NCBI GenBank assembly: GCA_016207885.1
Contig: JACQZE010000014.1
Coordinates: forward strand, 25,724-89,723
Direction: 5' to 3'
From: Nitrospirota bacterium
Lineage (GTDB): Bacteria; Nitrospirota; Thermodesulfovibrionia; UBA6902
DNA length: 64,000 bases
Shown here in pieces: positions 45,424 to 53,831 of this stretch. The notes under the pieces are model-generated. The model made no database searches. It saw only the letters and a list, made by a program, of their open reading frames with translations, and was not told the DNA's origin. The position numbers and the translations under genes were made by a program. Position 1 is the stretch's first letter; each line of letters starts with the position of its first letter.

Positions 45424-47301
45424 ATGAGTTTTATAAAGGATACAAAAGGGATTGCTCTTATTCAACTGGTTCTATTAGTTATATTGATAGGCGTGCTCGT
45501 GGCTTATGGCATCAGGCAGTTAGGGCCGGAGGTCGCAAAGGAAAAGCGGCTCAATACGAAGAATAAAATAGACGCGGCTGTTCAGGCTGTCGTAGGTTTT
45601 GCAGCAGCAAATGACCACCTTCCAACCATTGCTCAGTTTCCCGGGGTGGTAAGGGATCCGCAGGATGTATGGGGGAATGACCTTGTCTACCGTCCTGATG
45701 ACAATCTTGACAATGATGACAGCACTATCTGCGGAAGAAGCACGACCGATACTGTTGTCAATGAATGCGGGGAAGACGGGACATGTGTTTCCTATAAAGG
45801 AAATGCAGATGTTGCATTTTTAATATTCAGCATCGGGGAGAACCTGAACAGACAGACACGCGTTAATGTGGTTGGAGCAAGCGCGACCGTCCAGACATAT
45901 GAGTATGGATTAGCGGGAATCGATGATGATACCGGAGGCATTAACAGGCCGGAGCCATATAAGGATATCGTTGTCTGGATGGGACTTAATGAATTAAAGA
46001 TAAAGGCGGGCTGCCTCGCCGATCAGTTCAAGATAGTCAATAGCTCTCTGCCTTCAGGAACTATTAACCTTCCATATATTATAAATTTATATGCCCAGGG
46101 AGGGGTTTCCCTGACAGACGGGGGCGATTCAGAAACCGAACCTGATTATGAGTGGTGTGTGACAAGAGACCTTCCAAACGGCCTGAATTATCTGTGTAAC
46201 GGCAGTCTCGCTGTTTCTGCCGACTGCCGCCTTTCAACCGCCACATGGAATCAGTGCACAAACCTTACAATCTCCGGGACACCGGATGTGGAGGGTGTTA
46301 CCAATCTTCCCATATATGCAAGGGATGGTGACAGTAACATTACACAAAAGGTTTTTGGCCTGCTCATAAGGCCGACCCCCGGATTGCATGTATGTGAAGA
46401 AATCGATGGCTGGTACAGGGTATGGAATAATACAGGTAACAAACATGATTTTCAACTTACAGGAGAATCATGTTATGAGATTGCAGAAGGGGATGAAATA
46501 ACTGTTGACGGCAGTTCCAGGACGCTTAGCCGGAACGAAGTAATAAATCAATACGCCACATCAAACGGGGCATGCAATAATCTGGCGAATATCGCAAGCT
46601 TTAATCAGGCGGTTCTCGCTGATATCAATGCTGATTGCTGTATAAAATTTACTGACTATGACTCGCCTGATTATGTGATATTTGTAGACAGAACATGTCC
46701 AGGTGCAGCCGATGATAATGACCATGACGGATATACAACCGAAACTGACTGCAATGACAGTGACCCGGACATTAATCCGGGAGTTTCTGACATCGACTGT
46801 GACAATGTAGACGAGGACTGTGACGGCACTCCGGATGATGGTTATGTTGAAACCCCAACGAGCTGTGGAGTGGGCGTATGTGCTTCAACTGGACAGATGC
46901 AGTGCCAGAGCGGAAGCGTGGTGGATACCTGTTCAGTAGGGTCTCCTTCAGAATCACCTGAATCTTCATGCTCTGACGGCTTTGATAACGACTGCGACGG
47001 TTTAACTGATGGTGCAGACCCGAATTGCATTACAGATATCTGCGCGGCCGGCGGTATGACTGTATTAAATAGTACAGGCTCAAATAAGAAATATAAGATA
47101 AATCTCGAAACCAGTTGTAACACATGGACGAAGAACACCACAAATATTGTGGGATCGACAGCTACCTGGAAAATTTATTCAGGGAGTGGCAGCTGCTCTA
47201 CTCTTCTCTGTACAAAAACATATTCAGATTTCAGGGCAGTCGATGTGAACAATAATTGCAATGCAAGGATCACCGGCTCATGTACGCTGGGTGATAATTA
47301 A
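45424..47301 (+). CDS. Giant modular prepilin-like protein P3 (variant signal G|IALIQ; Cys-rich metal-binding-type repeats; duplicated C-terminal module)
   Basis: 625 aa with MSFIKDTKG|IALIQLVLLVILIGVLVA. Shared module motifs are DVWGNDLVY, AFLIFSIGENLNRQT, GLAGIDDD and PYKDIVVWMGLNELKIKAGC. It then carries DHDGYTTETDCNDSDPDINPG...CDNVDEDCDGTPDD...CSDGFDNDCDGLTDGADPNC. Confidence 0.72.
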   Translation: MSFIKDTKGIALIQLVLLVILIGVLVAYGIRQLGPEVAKEKRLNTKNKIDAAVQAVVGFAAANDHLPTIAQFPGVVRDPQDVWGNDLVYRPDDNLDNDDSTICGRSTTDTVVNECGEDGTCVSYKGNADVAFLIFSIGENLNRQTRVNVVGASATVQTYEYGLAGIDDDTGGINRPEPYKDIVVWMGLNELKIKAGCLADQFKIVNSSLPSGTINLPYIINLYAQGGVSLTDGGDSETEPDYEWCVTRDLPNGLNYLCNGSLAVSADCRLSTATWNQCTNLTISGTPDVEGVTNLPIYARDGDSNITQKVFGLLIRPTPGLHVCEEIDGWYRVWNNTGNKHDFQLTGESCYEIAEGDEITVDGSSRTLSRNEVINQYATSNGACNNLANIASFNQAVLADINADCCIKFTDYDSPDYVIFVDRTCPGAADDNDHDGYTTETDCNDSDPDINPGVSDIDCDNVDEDCDGTPDDGYVETPTSCGVGVCASTGQMQCQSGSVVDTCSVGSPSESPESSCSDGFDNDCDGLTDGADPNCITDICAAGGMTVLNSTGSNKKYKINLETSCNTWTKNTTNIVGSTATWKIYSGSGSCSTLLCTKTYSDFRAVDVNNNCNARITGSCTLGDN

Positions 47302-47313
47302 ATACTCCCCTTA

Positions 47314-47346
47314 TCTCCTCTCCCATGACGGGAGGGGAGATATTTC
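47314..47346 (+). terminator. Candidate intrinsic terminator after P3
   Basis: tctcctctccc / gggaggggaga 11-bp stem (one G-T pair), loop atgac, followed by tatttc. Confidence 0.45.
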
Positions 47347-47445
47347 GCAGTCTCTTGGAAAGAGCAGGTTCCACCTTTGACATGAACGGTCAATTTTGCT
47401 ATTCTTGCATTATAATCAGCTTGAAAGATAAGGCGGGAGAAGACT

Positions 47446-47694
47446 GTGTTACTCTTTATTGCATTTTTCCTCATAGGTTACGGCTTTTATTTATTAACGC
47501 ATATCCCTCCTGACGCTTCAGAAGAGATCATTGCCTTGATGGCGATGGCAGGGAAATTCGCCATTTTGATAGGGTGCGCAAAGGTGGCATTCTTTGCGTT
47601 GAGATACAAAACCCGTTCAACACATCTGACCCTGGTAGAGAGGATCAAGGCAAGGTTTACCAAAAATTTCGTTTCCAAGCGTGTAAAGCGGTGA
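47446..47694 (+). CDS. Small two-TM membrane protein (hypothetical)
   Basis: 82-aa ORF with a GTG start about 8 nt after GGGAGAAG, two hydrophobic helices and a basic tail. No family recognised. Confidence 0.3.
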   Translation: MLLFIAFFLIGYGFYLLTHIPPDASEEIIALMAMAGKFAILIGCAKVAFFALRYKTRSTHLTLVERIKARFTKNFVSKRVKR

Positions 47695-47762
47695 GATTCT
47701 GCTAAAATATAGACATGCAACAGGCCACACAGGCCGGTTAATGTATTATTCCTTGAGGAACC

Positions 47763-49043
47763 ATGCAGATAAGAGATAGAGAAAAAGGGTTCAGTCTGGT
47801 CGAGCTTGCTATCGTAATGATAATAATCGGGCTGCTCTTCGCATTAGGGCTTAAGATGCTGGGGCCCTTGGTGAACAGGCTGAAGCATACCGATACCAAA
47901 GAGACCATTAATGCCGCTTATGAAGCGGTAATAGGCTATGCCGCAACACATGATAAATTGCCTACAGTTGATGAATTCAAATCTATAGCTACGACTTCCA
48001 AGGATGTATGGGGAAACGATATTATATACAGGCCTGCTGATGAGCTTACAGTAGATGGTACTGTTTGTGCGAGAAGCACAACCAATTTATATGTTTGTGA
48101 TAAAGATGCGGGATGCGACACAGGTACGGATATAGATAATGTTGCCTTTTTTATTCTAAGCCGAGGAGCTAACTTAAATATCCAGACAGATGTTTTTGAT
48201 GTTGTTGATACTTCGGCTACATCGGCTACAATTCAAACGTATTCACGTGAGTATAATAATACTGATAATTCAGGTATTGACGATTTTTCCGGTTCCGCTG
48301 AGTGGCCTGACCCTGTCGGTACAAGATCCGAGCAATATAAAGATATTGTCAAGTGGATCACACTTTCTGACCTGAGGACAAAGGCAGGCTGTTTGGGCGC
48401 CGAGCTTAAGATCAGCACTACTTCACTTAATGCGTGTGATAATAACTTGCCATACAGTTCAACTGTCTTTGCCGACGGCGGGATACAGTTTGCAGACAGT
48501 GCAGATGCCGGCACTGCCCCTGAATATAAATGGTGCAGGGAGCAGAGCGGTGATTCAGGCCTCATATTTACCCCTGATCCTTTGAGTGTTAATTGTGCAA
48601 GTGAAAGTGAGGCTTTCTATTCCCAGTCTGACAGCATTGTCATATCAGGACGGCCTAATAGCGCGCCTGACTCTTATAAACTCACATTCTATGTAAGGGA
48701 TAATAACGATCCTGTATTAAATGGCCGTGATAAGATTGTAAATAAATCATTTGTGCTCTCAATCGCTCCGGACTGTACCTCTCAGGATGTTGTAAATGCG
48801 ACTGGAAGTAACTCCAGATTTAAGATTGACAGCGGTTCCTGTATATCATGGCCGGATAGTGATATTATGAATATCAGCTACGGGCAAACTGCCCAAATAT
48901 ATGGCGAATCCGGTTGCAGTGGAACGCCATGTGATATAACATATAATGATATTTCCGCTATAGATACTAATGGTGACGGTATTACTGATATGGCTGCCTG
49001 GACTGCCGGCGCCCCCCCCACCTGTACCTTTGTAGAGCATTGA
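47763..49043 (+). CDS. Giant modular prepilin-like protein P4
   Basis: 426 aa with MQIRDREKG|FSLVELAIVMIIIGLLFA and a GAGGAA RBS. Shared module motifs are DVWGNDIIY, CARSTTN, AFFILSRGANLNIQTD, GIDDF and QYKDIVKWITLSDLRTKAGC. The C-terminal Cys-framed module resembles the last module of P3. Confidence 0.75.
   Translation: MQIRDREKGFSLVELAIVMIIIGLLFALGLKMLGPLVNRLKHTDTKETINAAYEAVIGYAATHDKLPTVDEFKSIATTSKDVWGNDIIYRPADELTVDGTVCARSTTNLYVCDKDAGCDTGTDIDNVAFFILSRGANLNIQTDVFDVVDTSATSATIQTYSREYNNTDNSGIDDFSGSAEWPDPVGTRSEQYKDIVKWITLSDLRTKAGCLGAELKISTTSLNACDNNLPYSSTVFADGGIQFADSADAGTAPEYKWCREQSGDSGLIFTPDPLSVNCASESEAFYSQSDSIVISGRPNSAPDSYKLTFYVRDNNDPVLNGRDKIVNKSFVLSIAPDCTSQDVVNATGSNSRFKIDSGSCISWPDSDIMNISYGQTAQIYGESGCSGTPCDITYNDISAIDTNGDGITDMAAWTAGAPPTCTFVEH
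49012..49019 (+). repeat. C8 homopolymer near the 3' end of P4 (codons APP)
   Basis: gcccccccca read directly at 49011-49020. Confidence 0.95.
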
Positions 49044-49109
49044 TGTTTTGTTGTTTTCGGTATTGCCTGCCCTGTAATAAAAAGTAAAATAATCCCGGAT
49101 GTCTAATTC

Positions 49110-49122
49110 TTAGACAATTGCA
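49110..49122 (+). promoter_or_regulatory. TTAG-N4-TTG motif, copy 4 (attcttagacaattgca)
   Basis: Shares ATTCTTAGACA.TTG with copy 2. TATTAT (49141-49146) lies 18 nt downstream, about 250 nt upstream of P5. Confidence 0.45.
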
Positions 49123-49311
49123 CCCTTCCTATTAATCAGTTATTATGAAGTTGTAAATAGGGTTATTTCACCCATGAATATAAGGGATAATACTGAGATA
49201 TTTGATCTGAGATAAACAAAAAGCCCATTGGTTTATAAAAGAAACATATATTTTAAAGCAGGTTAGATTATTTTGCTGAAACATATTTCAAAATAAGCAA
49301 ATTGCTTTATT

Positions 49312-49327
49312 TGGTATGGGATTTGCA
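49312..49327 (+). promoter_or_regulatory. Candidate sigma-54 (-24/-12) promoter upstream of P5
   Basis: TGGTATGGGATTTGCA matches TGGCACG-N4-TTGCA in spacing, with GG and GC both in place. It ends 69 nt before the P5 ATG. Confidence 0.35.
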
Positions 49328-49395
49328 TATCTGTTAATAACATAGTTGTTACATCAATAACAAATGACATTTGATAAGGTAAATAGGAGGTTATT

Positions 49396-50850
49396 ATGGA
49401 TACTTTAAAAAAAGAGAAAGGATTTTCACTTGTTGAACTGGCAATAGTCTTTGTCGTTATGGGTGTGCTTCTGGCTGTCGGTATAAAGATGCTGGCTCCG
49501 ATGCTCGGCAGGGCAAAACTGAATGAGACCGATAAGATAGTTCAGGCAGCAGTGGACTCGATAGTAGGCCACGTTGCGATAGAGCATGAGTTTCCTGATG
49601 ACTTCAAAACAGTTGTGACAACTTCTGAAGATATCTGGGGGAATGATCTTATCTTCCGTGCCGCTAATATGAATCCAATTGATATCTGCAACCAGAGTAC
49701 AACTGATATGTCAGCAACAAACTGTTTCAATCCTGACTGTTCTAATAACGTCATAATTCCAAATGTTGCCCTTGTTGTATTCAGTAAAGGTGAGGACTTA
49801 AATAAGCAGACTGATGAGGCGGATGTCAAGGTTTATCCTAAGGGCACGGTTATTGGGACTCCCCCTAATACTGAGATTTATGATGACGTTGTCAAATGGG
49901 TATCTCTCAATGAACTCAGGGTAAGGGCGGGCTGTTCCGGCGCTCCTCTTAAGATACTTAATAATGAGCTTCCGTTGTGCGGGCAGAACATCTCAGGCGA
50001 TTCCACTTATAAGGCAACCATATATGCAGACGGCGGGGTAGGAAGTTATAAATGGTGCAGGCAGGAAAGCTCCTCTACAGGTTTATTATTTACTCCTAAT
50101 TTTTCTTCATCAGATTGCACGTCTGAGCCTGTGGATAACTGGATGGAGGCTAATAGCCTTACGATCGATGCAACGCCTGTTATTGTGCAGGGCTCTTTTA
50201 ATATTACATTTTTTGTCCGTGACGATGAAGGCAATGTGGCATCCAAATCATTAGTCACAACACTTGATCCTAAATGTTCACCAACGGTTATTATTGCTGA
50301 GACAGCTGAAAATCTTGAGGAAGCTGAGGGTACGCCTGATGTATATGTCTGCCACCAGACATGCACGACTTCATGTGAAACTGTAGCTCACACATGCCCG
50401 TCTGATAACTCTAATAGCAACGGCAACGGCAATATGAATGGCAACTCTTCTGGCTGGGATAGCAATTCCAACTCTAACTCTAACGCCAATGGCAACGGTA
50501 ATGAAAATGGCAACTCTAACTTAAATGCCAATGACAACGGCGCCTGGGGTTATGACGGCTGTGTAGAGTGGACTGAAGAAGTGTGTGCTGCCCCTGTTTG
50601 TACTTCAGGTGATCTGCAGATTGATGTAGCTGATCTTGCGGAACATATGGGACATGGCGATACACTCGGCGCATGTGATTCAGGTATTGTAGATATTGAC
50701 GGCGATAGTGACAACGACAATTATAGCGATAAAGATGAATACGACTGTGGCAGCGATAAAGACAATTCAAACAGTGCACCGCCTGATAGCGACAAAGACG
50801 GATGGTGTGACGGCAAAGACGCATATGACAATGACAACAGCCGTCATTAA
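49396..50850 (+). CDS. Giant modular prepilin-like protein P5 (Asn/Ser-rich tract plus Asp-rich calcium-binding-type tail)
   Basis: 484 aa with MDTLKKEKG|FSLVELAIVFVVMGVLLA and a TAGGAGG RBS. Shared module motifs are DIWGNDLIF, CNQSTTD, VALVVFSKGEDLNKQTD and IYDDVVKWVSLNELRVRAGC. The C-terminal sequence is DIDGDSDNDNYSDKDEYDCGSDKD...DSDKDGWCDGKDAYDND. Confidence 0.75.
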   Translation: MDTLKKEKGFSLVELAIVFVVMGVLLAVGIKMLAPMLGRAKLNETDKIVQAAVDSIVGHVAIEHEFPDDFKTVVTTSEDIWGNDLIFRAANMNPIDICNQSTTDMSATNCFNPDCSNNVIIPNVALVVFSKGEDLNKQTDEADVKVYPKGTVIGTPPNTEIYDDVVKWVSLNELRVRAGCSGAPLKILNNELPLCGQNISGDSTYKATIYADGGVGSYKWCRQESSSTGLLFTPNFSSSDCTSEPVDNWMEANSLTIDATPVIVQGSFNITFFVRDDEGNVASKSLVTTLDPKCSPTVIIAETAENLEEAEGTPDVYVCHQTCTTSCETVAHTCPSDNSNSNGNGNMNGNSSGWDSNSNSNSNANGNGNENGNSNLNANDNGAWGYDGCVEWTEEVCAAPVCTSGDLQIDVADLAEHMGHGDTLGACDSGIVDIDGDSDNDNYSDKDEYDCGSDKDNSNSAPPDSDKDGWCDGKDAYDNDNSRH

Positions 50851-50892
50851 GATCGTCTGAGGCCTGCCGGTCTCATAGTATCTGATCAATTT

Positions 50893-50928
50893 AACAACCC
50901 CGCTCAGTTTTGAGCGGGGTTGTTTTTT
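50893..50928 (+). terminator. Intrinsic terminator after P5
   Basis: 14-bp perfect stem (aacaaccccgctca / tgagcggggttgtt), loop gttt, then a T-run. Confidence 0.85.
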
Positions 50929-50960
50929 AGCCAGTAAACTCTTATCATAAATTTCTATTT

Positions 50961-53786
50961 ATGTCTAAAACCTCAAACAGGCCTGATATCCTTGTCATTG
51001 GAATAACGCTATTCCTCTCCGGCTTCTGCGGCATCTCCTACGAGGTTATCTACTCCCGTATGCTCGGGAATCTGATAGGCGACCATTTCATCGTCAACGC
51101 GTCGCTTCTGCTCACATTTCTCCTCGGCATCGGCATCGGGACAAAGCTGGCTCACAGGATATCACGCTTCCTTTGGGCGGTTGAGATCTGTATCGGTTTT
51201 TATGCCATAGGCTTTACTTTATTAACGCCGTATCTCGAGGCATTTCTTTATAATATTCTGCCTGCCGGTTCCATCGCTATGAGCATTCTGGCATCAAGTG
51301 TCCTTCTTGCGATCCCTGCCTGCCTCGTCGGTGTGAGCCTGCCTTTGTTCTCTGCATACCTGAAGCGCCTTCGCAAAGGAAATGTCTTTGCGACAACTTA
51401 TATGATCTACAACTTTGGCGCGGCTATAACCGCCATAGTGATAGAGTTCTATCTCATCAGACATCTCGGCATAAGGAACACGGCATTCTTGATAGGAGAG
51501 TTCAATCTGCTCATAGGCCTTGCGCTCTTTCTGAGGCGCAGGCACATCGTCCCGGAGATTGTAAGCGTCAAAGAGGTGGTATATCCTCTGAGAGTGATCC
51601 TGCCACTGATAATCCTGAGCATAGCGAGCGCTGTGTTTCAGCTTCTGGGGCTTAAGATTGCGGAGTTTCTCTTCGGCCCGTTCAATGAGACCTTTGCAAT
51701 GGTGCTTGGGGTGGTCTTGTTCGGCATCGCTTTCGGCACATTGCTCGGCCGGATGCTCGATATAAGTTTTGCATCGCTTCTTTTCTTCAATCTGCTGTAT
51801 CTGACCTTGCTGATACCCGGCTTTTCTTATTTTGTGAAATTGTATGCCGATTATTTCAGCGTGTTCAACCCATTCTCTCCTCTTCTCTGGAAGGTAACGA
51901 TACTCTTTCTGATAATGGGGCCAAGCGCGATATGTTTCGGCGCTGCAATTCCTTCACTTATGAAACAGGAGGAGAATGTTGCAAAGGAGTCGGGGCATCT
52001 GCTCTTTGTTTCGAGCCTTGCCAATGCCGCAGGGTATCTTTTGATGGTGCTCTTCATACACCCTAATTTTGAGTACGGGCAGATAATCGTTCTGATAATC
52101 TTTATGCTGTCAACCGCCTTTTTCATTATAAAATGGCAGGCTAAAAAGGCTGTGGCAATTGTTTGCGTGGCGGCTGTTGCAGGGGTCTTTCTGCTTCATG
52201 CCTTCTGGAATGAGGACATCCTGTATCTCGATTACCTCTCCTTCACCTCTAAAGACAGGTATGCAAAAGAGCTCAAGTCCTATGAAAGCGGGAAGAGGTT
52301 TAAGAAATATGATGAAACCTTTGCGATTAATAAAATAAACGGGCAGGAACTTTTCTTTATAAATGGTTTCACCAGTATCGCGCTCAATACTGCGGCTGAA
52401 TATATAGTCGGGGTGCTCTCAAGCCTCCCGTCACCTTCAACCGAGAGCGCGATGGTGCTCGGCCTCGGAAGCGGGGCTACCGCAGGAACGGTCAGCCGGA
52501 TATTCGACCATCTTGATGTGGTGGAGATAAGCCCTATCATAATTGAGAAGCAGATGCTGTTGAGCAAACATAATTTTGATATTGCTTCAAGGAAGAATGT
52601 CAATATTATAAGCGATGACGGGATAAGGTATACAAAGATCACTGACAGGAAATATGACCTTATACTTAATACAGTTACCTCTCCGCTCTACTTCAGCTCA
52701 AGCAAGCTCTACACAGTTGATTTTTTCCGGGATGTCAAGTCAAAGCTGAAAGATGGAGGGATATACACAACATGGCTTGATTCGAGGGTGGGTAATGACG
52801 GGACGGATATAATTCTGAAGAGCCTGCGCTCTGAGTTCAAGTACTGCTGGGTGGCGATAATGAGGCCGTCATATTTTCTGCTTCTCTGTTCGGATGAACC
52901 GCTGCAACTGCGTCAGGAGGATAATATCTCCTCAAATAAAGGGCTTAAGGATTTCTTCCTGCGAGAGCACAGTATTGATATAAAGACATTGAGGTATGCT
53001 TTTGTTTCTGCGAATGCCTTTGATCATATCTCTGCCGGTTCAAAGGTTCCCCTTAACTCGCTTGACCATCCTGAGCTTGAATTTGAGATATCAAGGCTGA
53101 AGCGCCGCGGCATTCAAAAATTTGTGGACAGCCTGATTAATAATTATTCTGCGGAGAAGGCCGAAAGGGATATCTTTACCGGATTGCCTATTGACTGGTA
53201 TAGCCTGGTCACCTATTATTATCAGATCAACCGTGAATTTCCTTACAGCAAGAGTTTCTTTAAGATGGCAGAGAAACATGTTGAAGGGTTTAAGGATAAA
53301 TTCCCGGAGCACTTTCTTTCAAGCTATCGCGCTGCGGCTTCCGAGTTTCCGTCATCAGACAGAAAAAACAGCCTGGGGAAATGGCTCATTAGTTATGATA
53401 TGTACGCTGAGGCAGAGGCTGTGCTCAGAGAGATACTTAAAGATGACCCCGGCTACCATTATATAAGGTACAAAATTGCCAAAGCAGTTTACTGGCAGGA
53501 GAGGTACGATGAAGCCGAGCTGCTCTTCAATGAAGAACTTAAGACCCATCCGGATGCTGCTGACGCTATGTATTGGCTGGGCCTGACCTATTACAAGCAG
53601 AAAGCCTATGCTGACGCAGTCAAGTGGTTCAGAAAATGTCTTGAGAAAGACCCGCAGTTCGACAATGCCAATTACTATGCCGGGCTTGCGAGTATGGGAG
53701 TTGGAGAGATGGATGATGCGAAGGTTTTCTTTAAAAAAGAGCTGATAGTGGATCCTGAAGACAAGAAGCCTCTAAAATTTCTTTAG
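50961..53786 (+). CDS. Polytopic membrane protein fused to a spermidine-synthase-like (SAM/aminopropyl-transferase fold) domain and C-terminal TPRs
   Basis: 941 aa with about 430 aa of TM helices. The next region reads VLGLGSGATAGTV...LDVVEISPIIIE...ISDDGIRY...YDLILNTVTSP...DGGIYTTW, a spermidine-synthase-type motif order. The C-terminus has TPR repeats (WLGLTYYKQKAYADAVKWFRKCLEKDP). Confidence 0.65.
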   Translation: MSKTSNRPDILVIGITLFLSGFCGISYEVIYSRMLGNLIGDHFIVNASLLLTFLLGIGIGTKLAHRISRFLWAVEICIGFYAIGFTLLTPYLEAFLYNILPAGSIAMSILASSVLLAIPACLVGVSLPLFSAYLKRLRKGNVFATTYMIYNFGAAITAIVIEFYLIRHLGIRNTAFLIGEFNLLIGLALFLRRRHIVPEIVSVKEVVYPLRVILPLIILSIASAVFQLLGLKIAEFLFGPFNETFAMVLGVVLFGIAFGTLLGRMLDISFASLLFFNLLYLTLLIPGFSYFVKLYADYFSVFNPFSPLLWKVTILFLIMGPSAICFGAAIPSLMKQEENVAKESGHLLFVSSLANAAGYLLMVLFIHPNFEYGQIIVLIIFMLSTAFFIIKWQAKKAVAIVCVAAVAGVFLLHAFWNEDILYLDYLSFTSKDRYAKELKSYESGKRFKKYDETFAINKINGQELFFINGFTSIALNTAAEYIVGVLSSLPSPSTESAMVLGLGSGATAGTVSRIFDHLDVVEISPIIIEKQMLLSKHNFDIASRKNVNIISDDGIRYTKITDRKYDLILNTVTSPLYFSSSKLYTVDFFRDVKSKLKDGGIYTTWLDSRVGNDGTDIILKSLRSEFKYCWVAIMRPSYFLLLCSDEPLQLRQEDNISSNKGLKDFFLREHSIDIKTLRYAFVSANAFDHISAGSKVPLNSLDHPELEFEISRLKRRGIQKFVDSLINNYSAEKAERDIFTGLPIDWYSLVTYYYQINREFPYSKSFFKMAEKHVEGFKDKFPEHFLSSYRAAASEFPSSDRKNSLGKWLISYDMYAEAEAVLREILKDDPGYHYIRYKIAKAVYWQERYDEAELLFNEELKTHPDAADAMYWLGLTYYKQKAYADAVKWFRKCLEKDPQFDNANYYAGLASMGVGEMDDAKVFFKKELIVDPEDKKPLKFL

Positions 53787-53831
53787 CCTGCTTCAAATTC
53801 CGGGAAGTGCTGTTATAATAACATTCATATT

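Noticed and set aside
47325-47513. 62-aa ORF directly after P3.
   Set aside because: It starts inside the terminator-like hairpin, has no RBS, and overlaps the better-supported 47446 ORF (RBS plus two TM helices) in another frame.
49140-49395. c-di-GMP (GEMM) or other riboswitch in the long P5 leader, and similarly in the leaders at 34532-34747, 42267-42517 and 56915-57191.
   Set aside because: All these leaders are very AT-rich. I could not find the GC-rich paired helices or conserved GEMM-type sequence blocks. A covariance-model scan would be needed to exclude this formally.
42518-50850. Diversity-generating retroelement or silent-cassette antigenic variation system acting on the giant pilin C-termini.
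   Set aside because: I could see no reverse transcriptase, no template/variable repeat pair with A-specific mismatches, and no promoterless partial pilin cassettes. All five genes are full length with their own starts.
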